From an uncultured archaeon (GTDB lineage: Archaea; Thermoproteota; Bathyarchaeia; Bathyarchaeales; Bathycorpusculaceae), in the NCBI GenBank assembly GCA_963782915.1, contig CAWALK010000018.1, positions 96,001-160,000 of the forward strand: 64,000 nucleotides of DNA, in the 5' to 3' direction. The notes below the pieces were generated by a model, which saw only the letters and a program-made list of their open reading frames with translations, was not told the DNA's origin and searched no databases. The translations under genes were made by a program, and so were the position numbers. Positions 39,730 to 51,247 of this stretch are shown here, piece by piece. Each line of letters opens with the position of its first letter. The stretch's first letter is position 1.

Positions 39730-41057
39730 CGGTTAAACCTACGTTGGGTTTCGTTGATGGTTTATTGTTGTTGTCGTGGGCTAAAACTCTTTTCTGCCAC
39801 CGCTTCTTAGCCACATAGTAGGTTGAGCCTGCGATTACGAATGCAACGCCGATGAGCCAAGCTTCGGTAGAGGCGAATAGAATGAAACCCAAAAGCATGA
39901 TACAGGTGCCTAAACCCAAGATGGGCAGGAACCGCAGTTTTCTGTTCCCATTTTTGAGTTTGTAGGCTGATATGTTTGTGATAGAATAATTGAGAACCAA
40001 AGCAAAAGTGCTGATTGCCACAACTCTTGTCAGGTCCACAAATAGCACCAACACCGCCATCAAAACACCCGTTCCAACAATCGCATAATAAGGCGTCGAG
40101 AACCTGCCGTTTAGCCGCGCCAACGCCGAGGGCAAATCGTTGCGGCGTGCCATCGAATAAGCCATCCTAGAAACCCCCAAAATCGCGGTCAACAGTACGC
40201 TGGCTGTTGCCACTAAACCGCCGATGGCGACTAACTGCACAGCTAAAGAGTTGCCTGTGACGCCGATGGCTGAACTGAGCGGGGAAGCTGAAGCTGCAAG
40301 CCCATCCGCACCAATCAACCCAACAGCCACCAACCCCACAAGCACATAAATCAGCATCGAAATCCCCAGCGACAACAAAAGCGCCCGTGGCACGTTGCGT
40401 TTGGCATCCTTAATTTCCTCAGCAATTACGGTGACTCTTGCGAAGCCGCCGTAAGCAAAAAAGATGAAAAAAGTCGCATATAAGACTCCGCTTGAAAGAG
40501 GCACAAACGGGGCAAAGTTGGCTGTGTTAACGTTGAAGGCTCCGAAGGCTACAAAGAACGCTAAAACTGCAAGTTTGATGGCGACAAACACGTTGTTAAC
40601 ATTTGCTGATTCTCTTGCACCCAGCAGATTTAAGCCTGTGAAAACCAGACACATGACGGCGGCAACGATGTTGGCGGGCAAACCAGGTATAGCAGAGCCC
40701 TAAATAAAACGCGAAACCAAGCGAAACAGCGGCACCTGTGAAAGTGTTGGCGACAAGCCACATCCACCCAGCCAAAAACCCAGCGTATGGCGAAACCAGT
40801 TGCCGACCATACTCGTACACGCCTCCTTCTACGGGTTGCCAAGCGGTTAATTTGGCGAAGCTAAATGCTGTGATGAATGCGATGATGCCTGCGATTATCA
40901 TGGAGAGGATGAGTGCTGAGCCCGCGTAGCCTGCGGCGATGCCTGTGACGACGAATATTCCGCCGCCTATGATTGCGCCGACGTTGATGGCGACGGCGCT
41001 CCAGAGTCCGATTGAACGCTTTAGGGCGGGGGCTTCTTGTTTTGCCACTGAAATCAC
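39719..41057 (-). CDS. APC-family amino acid permease; frameshift near 40700
   Basis: GAIIGGGIF, FFAYGGF..AEEIKD..RNVP, SRMAYSMAR. Confidence 0.88.
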
Positions 41058-41474
41058 GGCTAAGCAACTGGAATCAAACGTATCTATAAACCTTCCAAGC
41101 GGCTTGAGTGAGCGTTCATTTTTTTCTCTTTATGTAGGTGTGGCGGTTTTTAATTTTCCACAAGACTGCTTGAGGAGTGCGGCTCTGTTTTGGTGGTTGC
41201 AACGTTTTTCAGCGTCTGTTGCGGTGTCGGAATAAGCGTTTTCCGCCACACGCCCAACATGGTTTCATGCAGGGGCGGATTGGATGTGGATGTGGCGCTA
41301 TGTATAAATTGAATTTTTCTCCAAAACTTCCTGCAAGAAAATCCACTCAAAAGGCAACAATACATGGACCCTGCATCGAGTTGTTCATGTTGCGTGGGTG
41401 TTCTTTTTGGGGAACAGGCTGTTCCCTGGGGAGAGCTAAATCGTGGCCCAAACCTATGCATAAGCGGTGATTTA

Positions 41475-42008
41475 ATGAGAAGAAAACTCGCAGCCGCAAC
41501 AGTCATCGCCATAGCCGCAATAGCCCTATTCAGTTACCATTACTGGTTGCTCTCGGACTTTGAAGCAAAAAGCCTGTCCCCCACTCCTACGGCTACTCCT
41601 TGCCCAACACCCACAATTCCACCCTCAACCCCCACTGTAGGGGAACCTAAAGTCACAGTTTCCTTCATTGAGTGGGACCCACACAACAGCTCCTACCCAA
41701 CACAGATAGTCATACTCTATCCACACAACCAAACATACACGGCTGGGTGGTGGCCCGAGTTGCAGGTTGGTGTAAGCTCAAACAATTGGCTTATAAACGG
41801 TGTCTTCTACACTGCGGACTGGCAGGAGGGCTATCAACCAATCTGGTATTATAACTTGGGAGCACGCCAGAATGCACTGTTTGCCAGAGTAACCTTAACT
41901 GGGGTACCTGACGGAACCCACACTATAGTTGTACATGCAAACCTTCACGACGGCTCACATATACAATCATCAGTCACTTTTAGCGTAAACTCTTCTGCTA
42001 AGCCGTAA
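41475..42008 (+). CDS. Secreted or membrane-anchored hypothetical protein with P/T linker
   Basis: MRRKLAAATVIAIAAIAL signal, PTPT linker, Ig-like DGTHTIVV.AN end. Confidence 0.65.
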   Translation: MRRKLAAATVIAIAAIALFSYHYWLLSDFEAKSLSPTPTATPCPTPTIPPSTPTVGEPKVTVSFIEWDPHNSSYPTQIVILYPHNQTYTAGWWPELQVGVSSNNWLINGVFYTADWQEGYQPIWYYNLGARQNALFARVTLTGVPDGTHTIVVHANLHDGSHIQSSVTFSVNSSAKP

Positions 42009-42017
42009 TTGAGCCGC

Positions 42018-44910
42018 CTATTTGTCCCAGAATTCTCTTGTCCGCAGAAACTGAATCTTCGCTTTAAGCAGGTCCATGTAGAACTTGTCTTCTTCAGGAT
42101 GCATCTTACCCAAGATTCGCGATGCCGTTTCGGGTCCGACGCCTTTGACCTGTAGGGCGCGGACTGCTTCTTTGCCGTAGCTCAAGATCAGGTCTGCTTT
42201 GCGTCTTGCTTGGCTGACTTCTTTGAGTTCTTCTGGCGTGAGTTCTTTGCCTTCTTTTCGGCGTTTTAGTGCATCTTGCAGTTTCGCTTGGTCCTGTGAG
42301 CGATACAGCGGAGCCAGCAACCCTGACCCGCATTTGCCGCATTTGGGCTCTTCTGGTAGCTCCTTAATTTTCTGGTGAGTCGTCCATTCGCCGCATTTCA
42401 TGCACAGCAGTGTCGTCTCTCGGGCTTCGATTGCCATTTTGAGTTTGTCTACGTTGTTTACGAGGATTTTTTCAGGCGCCATTAACTCGGTTACGTCGCC
42501 GAATTTCGATAAAATGTAATAGGCTAGCGGTGAGGGTTTTTCGTAGCTGATGTAGGTGGTGACTTTAATTTTGCCCTCTCGCACTTGCTGCATGATTTGT
42601 TTGGCTTTGTCTAAATCGACTTTTTCCATCATGGCTTCTCGGATGGTTTCGCGGTAGACGGGTGTGTTGTCGAAGCGGTTTTTGAGGTCGGCTTGGCGTT
42701 GGTAACTCATCGTTTTGCCCCTTGGGAGTACGCCGAAGCGTTCTGCGACGAATTTCATTTTGTAGCCGAAGGGGAATTTAGCGTCTAAATACTTTTTGAA
42801 GGCGTTATCTACCGCTTCATCGCTGAGTCCAAATAGCGTTTGGGGTAATTCGGCGAGTTCCATTTTGTTTAACTTACGCGGTGCTTCGATTAGGATTCTG
42901 TAGCCGTCGGTCCACCAGCCGCTGATGACTTCGCGCTCCGAGAGGACGCTGTCAAAGATGCCGCCGAGTGTTTTGTTGACGAGTTCACCGAAGCAGGCAT
43001 GCACAATGATGTAGCGGTCATACACTTCCAGCACAATATGGTTCTGTGTCGGCAACGGTGCACCCAACTTTATGTGCTCGTAGACTTCGCTGATGGCTTG
43101 CGTCATGCTGGCTTTGTCTGAACCTAATTCTTTGGCTAAAACCTCAGCCGCAACAGCGGGATCGCCCGTCTCCTTGAGCACCTGCGCAATTCTTTGGCGG
43201 TTCTGCCCTGTCTGCTGCGCCAACTCAAAGGGCACAGGCAAAATCTCCCCATCCCAACCAGGCACAGACGCCATCGGATCCTCAGACGGCACCACATGCA
43301 CCGTCCCCGCCTCATCCTCAATCTGAACAATCCGCCAAACCTTACCCTTCATAATAAAATTCAAGCCCACACGCGCATGCAACGCCATGAATTCATCGCC
43401 TAACGTTCCGATTTTGCGGTCGCTTATGACGTTGATGACTGGGTAGCGGCGTTCGTCGGGTATCATGGATAGGTTTTCGTAGTAGTAGATGCGGGTTTTT
43501 TTGGTTTTAGTCAAAACGGTTTCGTCTTCGTTTAGTCTTATTTGGTTGAGGCTGTCTAAAAAGCGTAGCAGGTCCGCGAGTTCGGTTTTCTGGGTTTTGT
43601 GGTAGAGGTAGCTTCGGTGGATTATGCGTGTTAAGTCCTCTACTGCAAGCGGCTGCGCATCCATGAGTAAGCCTGCGATTTGATGCGCTAAAACGTCGAG
43701 GGCGCCTGTATGCATCGGCACTGGCTCAATCAGCCCCGCCTTTGCATTCTTAATCGACGCCAAAGCCTCCAGCGTGTCGTCGGGATAAACGGTAACTATG
43801 ACGCCGTGGGATTCCCTGCCTAATCGGTGCCCGCTTCTGCCAACCCTCTGGATTAAGCTGTTAACTTGCCGAGGCGACATGTACTGAACAACTAAATCCA
43901 CCTGCCCCACATCGATGCCTAATTCAAGGGTGCTCGTGCAGATGATGGCTTTTAGCTGCCCAGCTTTAAATTCATCCTCAATCGCGATACGCTCTTCTTT
44001 AGAGATGGAGCCATGATGGACGGCTATGTCTTCTCTGCCCAACTGCGCCAGCTTATACCCTAAAACCTCAGCGATAGTGCGGCTATTAACGAAAATAAGC
44101 GTAGACTGATGGCTATCCACCAGTTCGAGTATGCGCCTGATTCTCGCCGCTGCTTCAGGCGAAGTATCCAGTTTGCCTGCCAATTCATAGTCTTTCTCGG
44201 TGGGTGAGGGGTTTTCGACGCTGTAACGGTAACTCTTCTCCGCCGAAGCCTCCAATTATGGCGATTTTGCGGCGGCTTCCAGCGAGGTACTTGGCGATTT
44301 CTTGGGGGTTGCCGATGGTGGCTGATAAGCCGATGCGTTGGAATTCCCTGCCAGTAACCAACCGTAAACGCTCCAATGCCACCGATAATTGTGCTCCGCG
44401 TTTGCTCCCTGCTAAATCATGCACTTCATCCACAACCACAAACTCCACCGCTTTGAGGTGCCGACGCATCTGCGACCCAGGCAGAATCGCTTGCAGAGTC
44501 TCAGGGGTGGTGACGAGCATTTGGGGCGGTTGTTTGGCTTGTTTGCGGCGTATCTTCATTTCTGTGTCGCCATGGCGTACATCGACGGTTATGTCGAGTT
44601 TTTGGCTCCAGTATTGCAGGCGTTTGAGCATATCGCGGTTGAGTGCTCGAAGGGGCGTTATGTAGATAACTTGTATGCCGTGTTCTTCTGCGCTTTTCTG
44701 TTCAACCAGCTTCGAGAAAATCGGCAGTAAAACGGCTTCGGTTTTGCCAGTGCCAGTCGGCGCAATCAAAAGCACGTTTTCGCCTGCCAGAATCGGCGGG
44801 AACGCTTTGGTTTGGGGCAGCGTAGGCGCTGTGAATCCAAACTCATAGAGGGCTGTTTGGACGGGTTTGGCTAGTAATTCGAAGACAGAAGGGGCTGTTG
44901 CTGGCTGCAT
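42018..44910 (-). CDS. lhr: Lhr-family ATP-dependent helicase; frameshift near 44250
   Basis: APTGTGKT, TPETL, DEVH, LSAT, HHGS, TSTLELGID, QRVGRSGH; C-terminal Zn finger and HhH. Confidence 0.9.
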
Positions 44911-45036
44911 AGTCTTGGTTATTCTATGCGTTTGGGGAATGTTTTAACTCTTTAGCAAAAACTTGGTTAATCCGCCCTGAAAAAATTCGATCAGCACAAG
45001 ACGGCTGAAAAAAGTATGGGAGTTATCGCTTTTTCT

Positions 45037-45204
45037 CTATAGTCTGATTAATTCCGACTTTGAAATCCTTGCCCTTAGCACTTTATTGTGATGTCGTTCA
45101 TTGTGGAGTGCTATGTGGTCTGTTAGGTCTTCTTTGCCAAACGGCGTCGTTATTGCCCATTCGCATTGTGGGCATTTAAAACTGGCTGATTCAACTCTGC
45201 TCAT
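45037..45204 (-). CDS. 55-aa C2H2-like zinc-binding microprotein
   Basis: Hand translation MSRVESASFKCPQCEWAITTPFGKEDLTDHIALHNERHHNKVLRARISKSELIRL. Confidence 0.6.
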   Translation of the reverse strand: MSRVESASFKCPQCEWAITTPFGKEDLTDHIALHNERHHNKVLRARISKSELIRL

Positions 45205-45330
45205 AGGTGTACCCCGTGTGTGATGTTAGCGGTTGATGGATTATAGATTTTTTGGTGCATTAATAGCTTGAAATCTGAAGTCTCTGTAACAATCCAGAGT
45301 AACTCATAATGATCAGGCTTAATTTTTTTT

Positions 45331-45456
45331 ATTGGTTGTTGCCGCAGACCGCTCTTTTTTCAACAACAACCAGCAGGCTTGGCTAAAGCGGCTGTTTTGG
45401 TGTTGGCGGGTTCTGGCGATTGCGGGCTGGTTGCGGCGATTTCTGCAAGCAGATAC
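45331..45456 (-). repeat. Dispersed repeat (B and C modules)
   Basis: GTTGTTGCCGCAGACC..TTCAACAACAACCAGCAGGCTTGGCT..CTGTTTTGG..GATTGCGGGCTGGTTG..GCAAGCAGA, collinear with 32728-32852. Confidence 0.7.
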
Positions 45457-45610
45457 AAAGGCGAACATTGCAAGTAGGGGCTTGTTTGATCCTGTTTTTG
45501 TGGGGTTGTGTTGTACGGTTTGAGGGTGTTTTTGGGAAAGTTTAATATGGTTTAGAGGCGAAGGGAGTTATAACAATCAGTGCAACTTGTAGTAAGTAAA
45601 AACTTGATAA

Positions 45611-45958
45611 GTGTACAAGGGAGTTGGGGATAACATAAATTTAAAAATATACGCAGTCAAAAACGGCAACGGCAACCACCCGCAAGAACGCGTCCAACTG
45701 GTCGTAGTTGACCTAGACCGCGGCAAACGCTACCCACTCAACTTCGTCTGCGTCCTACCACGCTACTTCCGCATCCTAGAAAAACGCAGCAGCAAATTCG
45801 CGAAAATGTTCGGCACAAAAAGCTTACCCACAGCAAGAAAACTCTTAGTCGACGCCGACCATCAAGAAGAAGACCCCGAAATTAAAACCGTCATAAAACG
45901 CCGCATAAAAGACATCGACGCCAAACAAGAGTGCCCGCCACAACAGTCAACCACTTAA
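45611..45958 (+). CDS. Hypothetical protein
   Basis: 115-aa ORF with codon usage like neighbouring genes and a T-rich terminator. Confidence 0.6.
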   Translation: MYKGVGDNINLKIYAVKNGNGNHPQERVQLVVVDLDRGKRYPLNFVCVLPRYFRILEKRSSKFAKMFGTKSLPTARKLLVDADHQEEDPEIKTVIKRRIKDIDAKQECPPQQSTT

Positions 45959-46047
45959 TTTTCTTCTCTTATTTCTTAAACTAAAAGCACCCAATCCGCA
46001 ATTAGCAGACTATTCGAACGCTAACATACTCAATACTAAAAAGAATT

Positions 46048-47256
46048 TTAACGGGTGGAAAGAAGAAGGGAAATTAAATAATCCTTCTCAACCAAGCCGT
46101 ATCCGCCCTGTTTTGCAGAGAACTCATCGAACACTTTAACCCCGTCTGGTGCCAGTGACGGCGCGGCTATGGCGAATGGCACTGGATCACGCGAGTGGGT
46201 TCGGGTTTTAACTGGTGTGGGATGGTCTGGCAAAATCGCTATGGCATAGGGTTCAGTGATGCCATCCATGATTCTACCCAGGCAGCGTTTGTCTAAGTCT
46301 TCGATGGTTTTTAGTTTCAACTTATAGTCGCCGACGTGCCCCGCTTCATCGGGCGCTTCCACATGCACGAAGACTAAATCGTTAGTTTTTAGTGCTTCCA
46401 AGGCGGCGTCTGCTTTGCCTTCATAGTTAGTATCGTAGAGTCCAGTTGCGCCTTCAACCTTTATGATTTGCATGCCCGCGTAGGTGCCGATCCCTTTCAC
46501 CAGGTCAACTGCTGAGATTACGGCGGATTTTATGCCATATTTCTCTTTGAGGGTGGGCATGGATGGTTTTTTGCCGCCGCCCCAAGGCCAAATCAAATTG
46601 CCAGGGCGTTGATCACACATTTCTCTGGCAACGTTAACTGGATGGTCACGCAGGATGTCTCTGGATTTCGCTATCATATCCCTAAGTAACTGTGCGTTTT
46701 TTTCTGCTTCAGGGACCAACGCTTTTGGCAACACGTCCGCTACTGGCACGCCCCGTGCATCATGCGGTGGAACGCATTTGATTTGCTCTGGGTTGGGGAA
46801 GTTGCGCAGGATTAAAAAGTGCCTGTAGTCTAAGCCGGCGTAGAATTCGATTTCGTTGGGTTTATCAAACGCCTTCTTAACTGCGGCTATTAGTTCGGTT
46901 GCTTCTTCGGTGGTTATGTGCCCCGCAGAGTAGTCGGCTATGGCGTTGTTTTCTTCAGTGATTATGTTACAGCGGTATGCGGTGTCGTTTGGGCCGAGTT
47001 GTATGCCCCGTGCGGGTGCTTCGAGTGGTCCTCTGCCGGTATTATAGATGCGTGGGTCGTAACCGAGGACTGAGCATATCGCTGTGTCTGAGCCGGGAGT
47101 CATCTCGTCAGGAACGTTTTTAATAAGGCCACTTCTGCCCTTTGCAGCAATAGAATCCATGTAGGGTTTAACTGCTGCTTGAAGCAGAGTCTTATCGCCC
47201 AATTCCGGAATCGGATAATCCGACATGCCATCTCCGACAACGAGTATATACTTCAT
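46048..47256 (-). CDS. apgM: Cofactor-independent phosphoglycerate mutase, archaeal type
   Basis: GDGMSD, PGSD, GRGPLEA, HVEAPDEAGH, PDHPTP, HSRDPVP. Confidence 0.9.
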   Translation of the reverse strand: MKYILVVGDGMSDYPIPELGDKTLLQAAVKPYMDSIAAKGRSGLIKNVPDEMTPGSDTAICSVLGYDPRIYNTGRGPLEAPARGIQLGPNDTAYRCNIITEENNAIADYSAGHITTEEATELIAAVKKAFDKPNEIEFYAGLDYRHFLILRNFPNPEQIKCVPPHDARGVPVADVLPKALVPEAEKNAQLLRDMIAKSRDILRDHPVNVAREMCDQRPGNLIWPWGGGKKPSMPTLKEKYGIKSAVISAVDLVKGIGTYAGMQIIKVEGATGLYDTNYEGKADAALEALKTNDLVFVHVEAPDEAGHVGDYKLKLKTIEDLDKRCLGRIMDGITEPYAIAILPDHPTPVKTRTHSRDPVPFAIAAPSLAPDGVKVFDEFSAKQGGYGLVEKDYLISLLLSTR

Positions 47257-47458
47257 TAGTTATTCACCAGTTACCTTGAAGCTTTCTTGAGGGATAATGC
47301 AATCACGTATTTATCTTCTTACTGCCAAAAAACCATTGAAATAGGCAAGAAAGTGCTAATTCGCCATGAACTGTGATTACCTGTGTACACCAACAAACGT
47401 TTATGATTTTAGCCAGCCTAGAGTTAACTTAGACCATGAATTTTAGGGGTATTTTTGA

Positions 47459-47800
47459 ATGCTTGAAGGATGGGAATGGATTATCATCGGTGTAGTCGCT
47501 ATAGTCATTATTCTTTGGGGTCCATCGAAGATTCCGGAGTTCGCAAAATCCCTTGGCCGCGCTAAAGGAGAATTCAGCAAGGCACAAAAAGAATTCACCG
47601 CAGCTGCAACCGCAGAACCACAAACCCCCACAGTACAAGCCCAAACAGTATCTGCTACAGCTCCACGCGTAACAATCAAGAGCAGCGACGAAATGCTGCT
47701 AGACACCGCACAACGCCTTGGAATACAAACCGAAGGCAAAACACGCGACCAACTCAGCGAAGAAATCTCTGTCAAAGCCAAATTACTAGGCGCAGCGTGA
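47459..47800 (+). CDS. tatA: Twin-arginine translocase TatA/E
   Basis: EWIII..LWGPSKIPEFAKSLGRAKGEF. Confidence 0.9.
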   Translation: MLEGWEWIIIGVVAIVIILWGPSKIPEFAKSLGRAKGEFSKAQKEFTAAATAEPQTPTVQAQTVSATAPRVTIKSSDEMLLDTAQRLGIQTEGKTRDQLSEEISVKAKLLGAA

Positions 47801-47870
47801 TTACACCGCACCCACATTTTTCTTCTAAGTAATTAGTTTTTAGGCTAAAAACTTTCATGCTGGAGACTAT

Positions 47871-48748
47871 ATGCAAAAAGAACTCAACTCTTTTTGGGGA
47901 CACATTGCGGAATTAACTAAACGCATGAAAGTTGTCCTAGCAGTGTTCCTTACTTCACTGTTTATTATGCTGGTTTTACCGGCTAACACAGATTTTTTTG
48001 CCTTAACAAGCAATTATAAACCGTTAATGTCGGTTCTGTTAACTTATATTTCTGATAGTTTTCTACCGTCCAATGCTCAATTATTCGCAGGCTCCATGTC
48101 AGACCCAATCACACTCTACGCCTACGCGGCATTGGTCTTCGCAGTAGGGATTACGTTACCGGTATTTGCTTACGAAGCCATACAATTCATTAGCCCAGCA
48201 CTCTACGACAACGAAAAAAAGATGCTATTCCCATACGTAACTTCAGTAACAGCCCTCTTCATAGTAGGAGCATTATTCGGCTTCTTCTTTTTAGCACCCT
48301 CATTCATACAGGGATTCTTCCCCTTCTACTACGCAGTAGGCGCATTACCCTACATTCCAATCATGGATTTCTACAACATCGTATTCTTCACAGTACTCAT
48401 AAGCGGAGGCCTATTCACCGTACCAGTCTTCTTTGTCATCCTAGTAAAATTCAACATAATCAAAACCAACTTAATTACGGGAAAACGCAAATGGATCTAT
48501 CTGGGCATGGTTATCGCTGCTATGCTGATTTCGCCGGGGGCCACTCCAATGGGCGATTTAATTTTGGAGTCCAATTACTAGGGCTCTTGGAAGCAAGCAT
48601 CTTTATAGCCAGATTAGTTGAGAAACCAAGAAGGAGAAATCGAAAATTCAATCTTGGCTATCAACAGAAACTTGCGGGTACTGCAAAGCACGGTTGATTC
48701 CAAGATGTAACTGAGTTCTGCCCACAATGCAAACGCTCCATAAAGTAA
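47871..48748 (+). CDS. tatC: Twin-arginine translocase TatC with C-terminal Zn ribbon; frameshifts after about 48565
   Basis: FWGHIAEL, FISPALY.NEK, RKW...AMLISP; downstream frames give CGYC...CPQC. Confidence 0.85.
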
Positions 48749-48914
48749 CACTTAGCCACCAAATGTAGGGCAAACAAGCTGTGAATGTAATGCGTAACAA
48801 CAAACGCTCAAAAATACCAGACGGCATAGTTAAGCAAGGGTTTTTCTAAGTGCTAAACGAAAACATTATTTAGTATAAGTAAGCTATTATTACTATCAAA
48901 CTGGGAAGTAATTT

Positions 48915-50430
48915 GTGCAGGTTACGACGCAGCGATGTGAACAATGTGGTATGAGTGTGGATTTAATTGGTGAATGCGTTTTAAAATTGTTGATAGCTCA
49001 GGCGATGAACATATTGCTTGTTGTTGGTTTGTGCACTCAAATTAATCAAAACTTATGGAGAACTAAACATCACATCTTTCTATAATACAATAGCGATCTC
49101 ACGAAATAACGATAAGCGCGAAACAGAAGGGCAGTGGGCTTACGGTTAATAGACAGACTGCGCTAGTTACTACTGGCGGTGGATGCACTAAGAATAGACT
49201 TGTTTACGATTCTTCTGTGGCGGATGCTTTGCTTGCATCACGAAACATGGGAACATCAAGTTGGCTTTGCGCTAACAAATGCTACAGTTACAAATTCAAC
49301 GAGAATTGGGATTGCTCAAGCGGCACTACAATATGGGGGAGGCTCACCTCTGTCTGTGAACAATGTGGAATGGATGTGGATATTACTGGTTAAGCAAGGT
49401 TCAAAATCTATGATTCAACGGAACCTCACGTTGCCTGCTGCGTAATCTGTGCGTTTAGATTACAAAGAACCTATCGAGACCTCAATATTACGACGTTCTG
49501 TGACTACTATGGACGAAATTATGTAATAACCTAAACTTGAAAAACAACGGCACTGACGTTACTGTTAACCTCTTGACGCGCTAATTATCGTTGCAGGAAG
49601 CTGTAGCAAAAACAGAATAGTCTACAATTCCACGCTGCAGATGCGCTGCTTGCACGCCTAACAATGGGCAATCAAAATGGCTTTCAGCGTTAACGAACGA
49701 TACGGTTGCTGTAAACGCAATATGGACTAACTATAACTCAAGCTGCGCTTATCAATGGAGTCGGTACACGATTTCGAGCGTAACCCTTCACGCTCAACCC
49801 TTCAGCCACTCGCACATCAACGGCAAACGTACGACGAGCGAATCACTATCTCTAAAACCTTGGAGCTTTGAAACTCCTCAGGCTACAATAAGCACAATTT
49901 TAGAGTGCGAAGCTTGCGGCATGGATGTAACTGCTGACTCTCAAGCACGTTACAGGGTAACAGATGAAAATGGAAAGGTGCACTATGTCGAATGCTTCAT
50001 GTGCGCTATGCAACTTGTAAACGACTATGAAAACTTCATATTGAAACCTACTGCGACTGGTATGGACGAAACTATGCAATCACTGTCGACACATCGAATT
50101 ATGGGGCAGAAGTCACTGTTAATCTATCAACAGCTATTTTTCTCGGGGCGGAAGTTGTGTAACGCTCGAGTAGCGTACAACCAGACAGCAGCGGACGACC
50201 TAGCAAACGGATTCTCTCAATATATCTCGCCTGAACGACAATACAAGTTGCGGGCTACAACCGAAGTCAAACAGATAATTGAGGCAATAAACACATGGTA
50301 TGCGTAAGCAGACGTAACTGCAACACTAAGAGTGTTGATGCTTGCTCTGTTAGTAGTTATGGCGTTATAATCATAGGAAGTCTAATAGTCGCCTACAAAA
50401 AACTAAGTGTTCACAAAAACGACGATACTA
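48915..50430 (+). pseudogene. Protein with three tandem NosL/TRASH-like metal-binding domains, heavily frameshifted
   Basis: CEQCGM (about 48937), CEQCGM (about 49354) and CEACGM (about 49906), each followed by ARF/Y..D..G..H..CC/C..CA and a CDY/WYG-type segment; C-terminal TM. Confidence 0.6.
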
Positions 50431-50454
50431 AAAAATAGGGGAAGAAAACGAGAA

Positions 50455-51247
50455 TGATGTAAACTTGTATGTAGTCAGTTTAGCTATAGCTTTTTTCGGC
50501 TTAGTTCTAGGCTGCTTCGCGCACTGAAGGCATACAGAGTAAGAGAGGGCATCAAAACGCTTCCGATGATCAACGTTATGAATTGGAGAAAAATTTTTCC
50601 TTAGTATCGGTAGTGGGCTGCATACCTACCTTAGCCGCACGAATATGGACAACTTCTTTTTTGGATAACGGTTGTTTCGCTGATTTTCGGTTTCTGGAGC
50701 AATGTGCGAGTTCGGCGTTTTCTAAGCAGGCGCACGCTGGTCTTGGGCTAACTTAGTGTTGAAGCTTTTTCACGATGTTTGCATTTGGCGGTTGGCTATT
50801 CTTTGACTCATGAACAGAAAACTAGAAGAGGTCTCCACTGTATGAGTTCGATTTCTCGAGGCTTCGTTTTACTTCTGCCTCTTCTATTCATCGATGCCCT
50901 CCTAGATCATTTCATTCTTTGGAGGGCTACGCAGCCAATGGTTGTTCTCTGCTGCATCGTCATGTGCTTCCAACACAACACCTGGACTGTTCAACGTAGG
51001 TTGCCTCTTCTGCTTTATAACATACCAGTATCCTCTCCTTTGGGGAGTTATCCCCGCCTACTCTGTTTCCATCGCCTTAGTAGTATGGAATTTTCTGTTT
51101 CGGCGATCTTCCAAGAATAACCCGGAGATTAGAGACGAAATTCTGGGTGTGAATCGAAAGGTTGTTTTGGCATGCATAATTTTAGCGGTTACCGGTACAG
51201 TACTGCTGGTGCTGCAAATGGCGCTGGTAGCATTGAGCAATACTTAA
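50455..51247 (+). pseudogene. Cys-containing polytopic membrane protein, frameshifted
   Basis: Hydrophobic fragments with GAMCEFGV, LCC and GCLFC motifs. Confidence 0.45.

Noticed and set aside
41140-41240. Possible extra module C copies here and at about 57890-57960 and 62880-62950
   Set aside because: Only short matches (e.g. CTGTTTTGGTG); too degenerate to support without a profile search
44185-44260. Programmed frameshifting in lhr, polB2, the permease or the DHPS-like gene
   Set aside because: No consistent slippery site or stimulatory structure; similar 1-nt indels occur throughout the window, pointing to sequencing error
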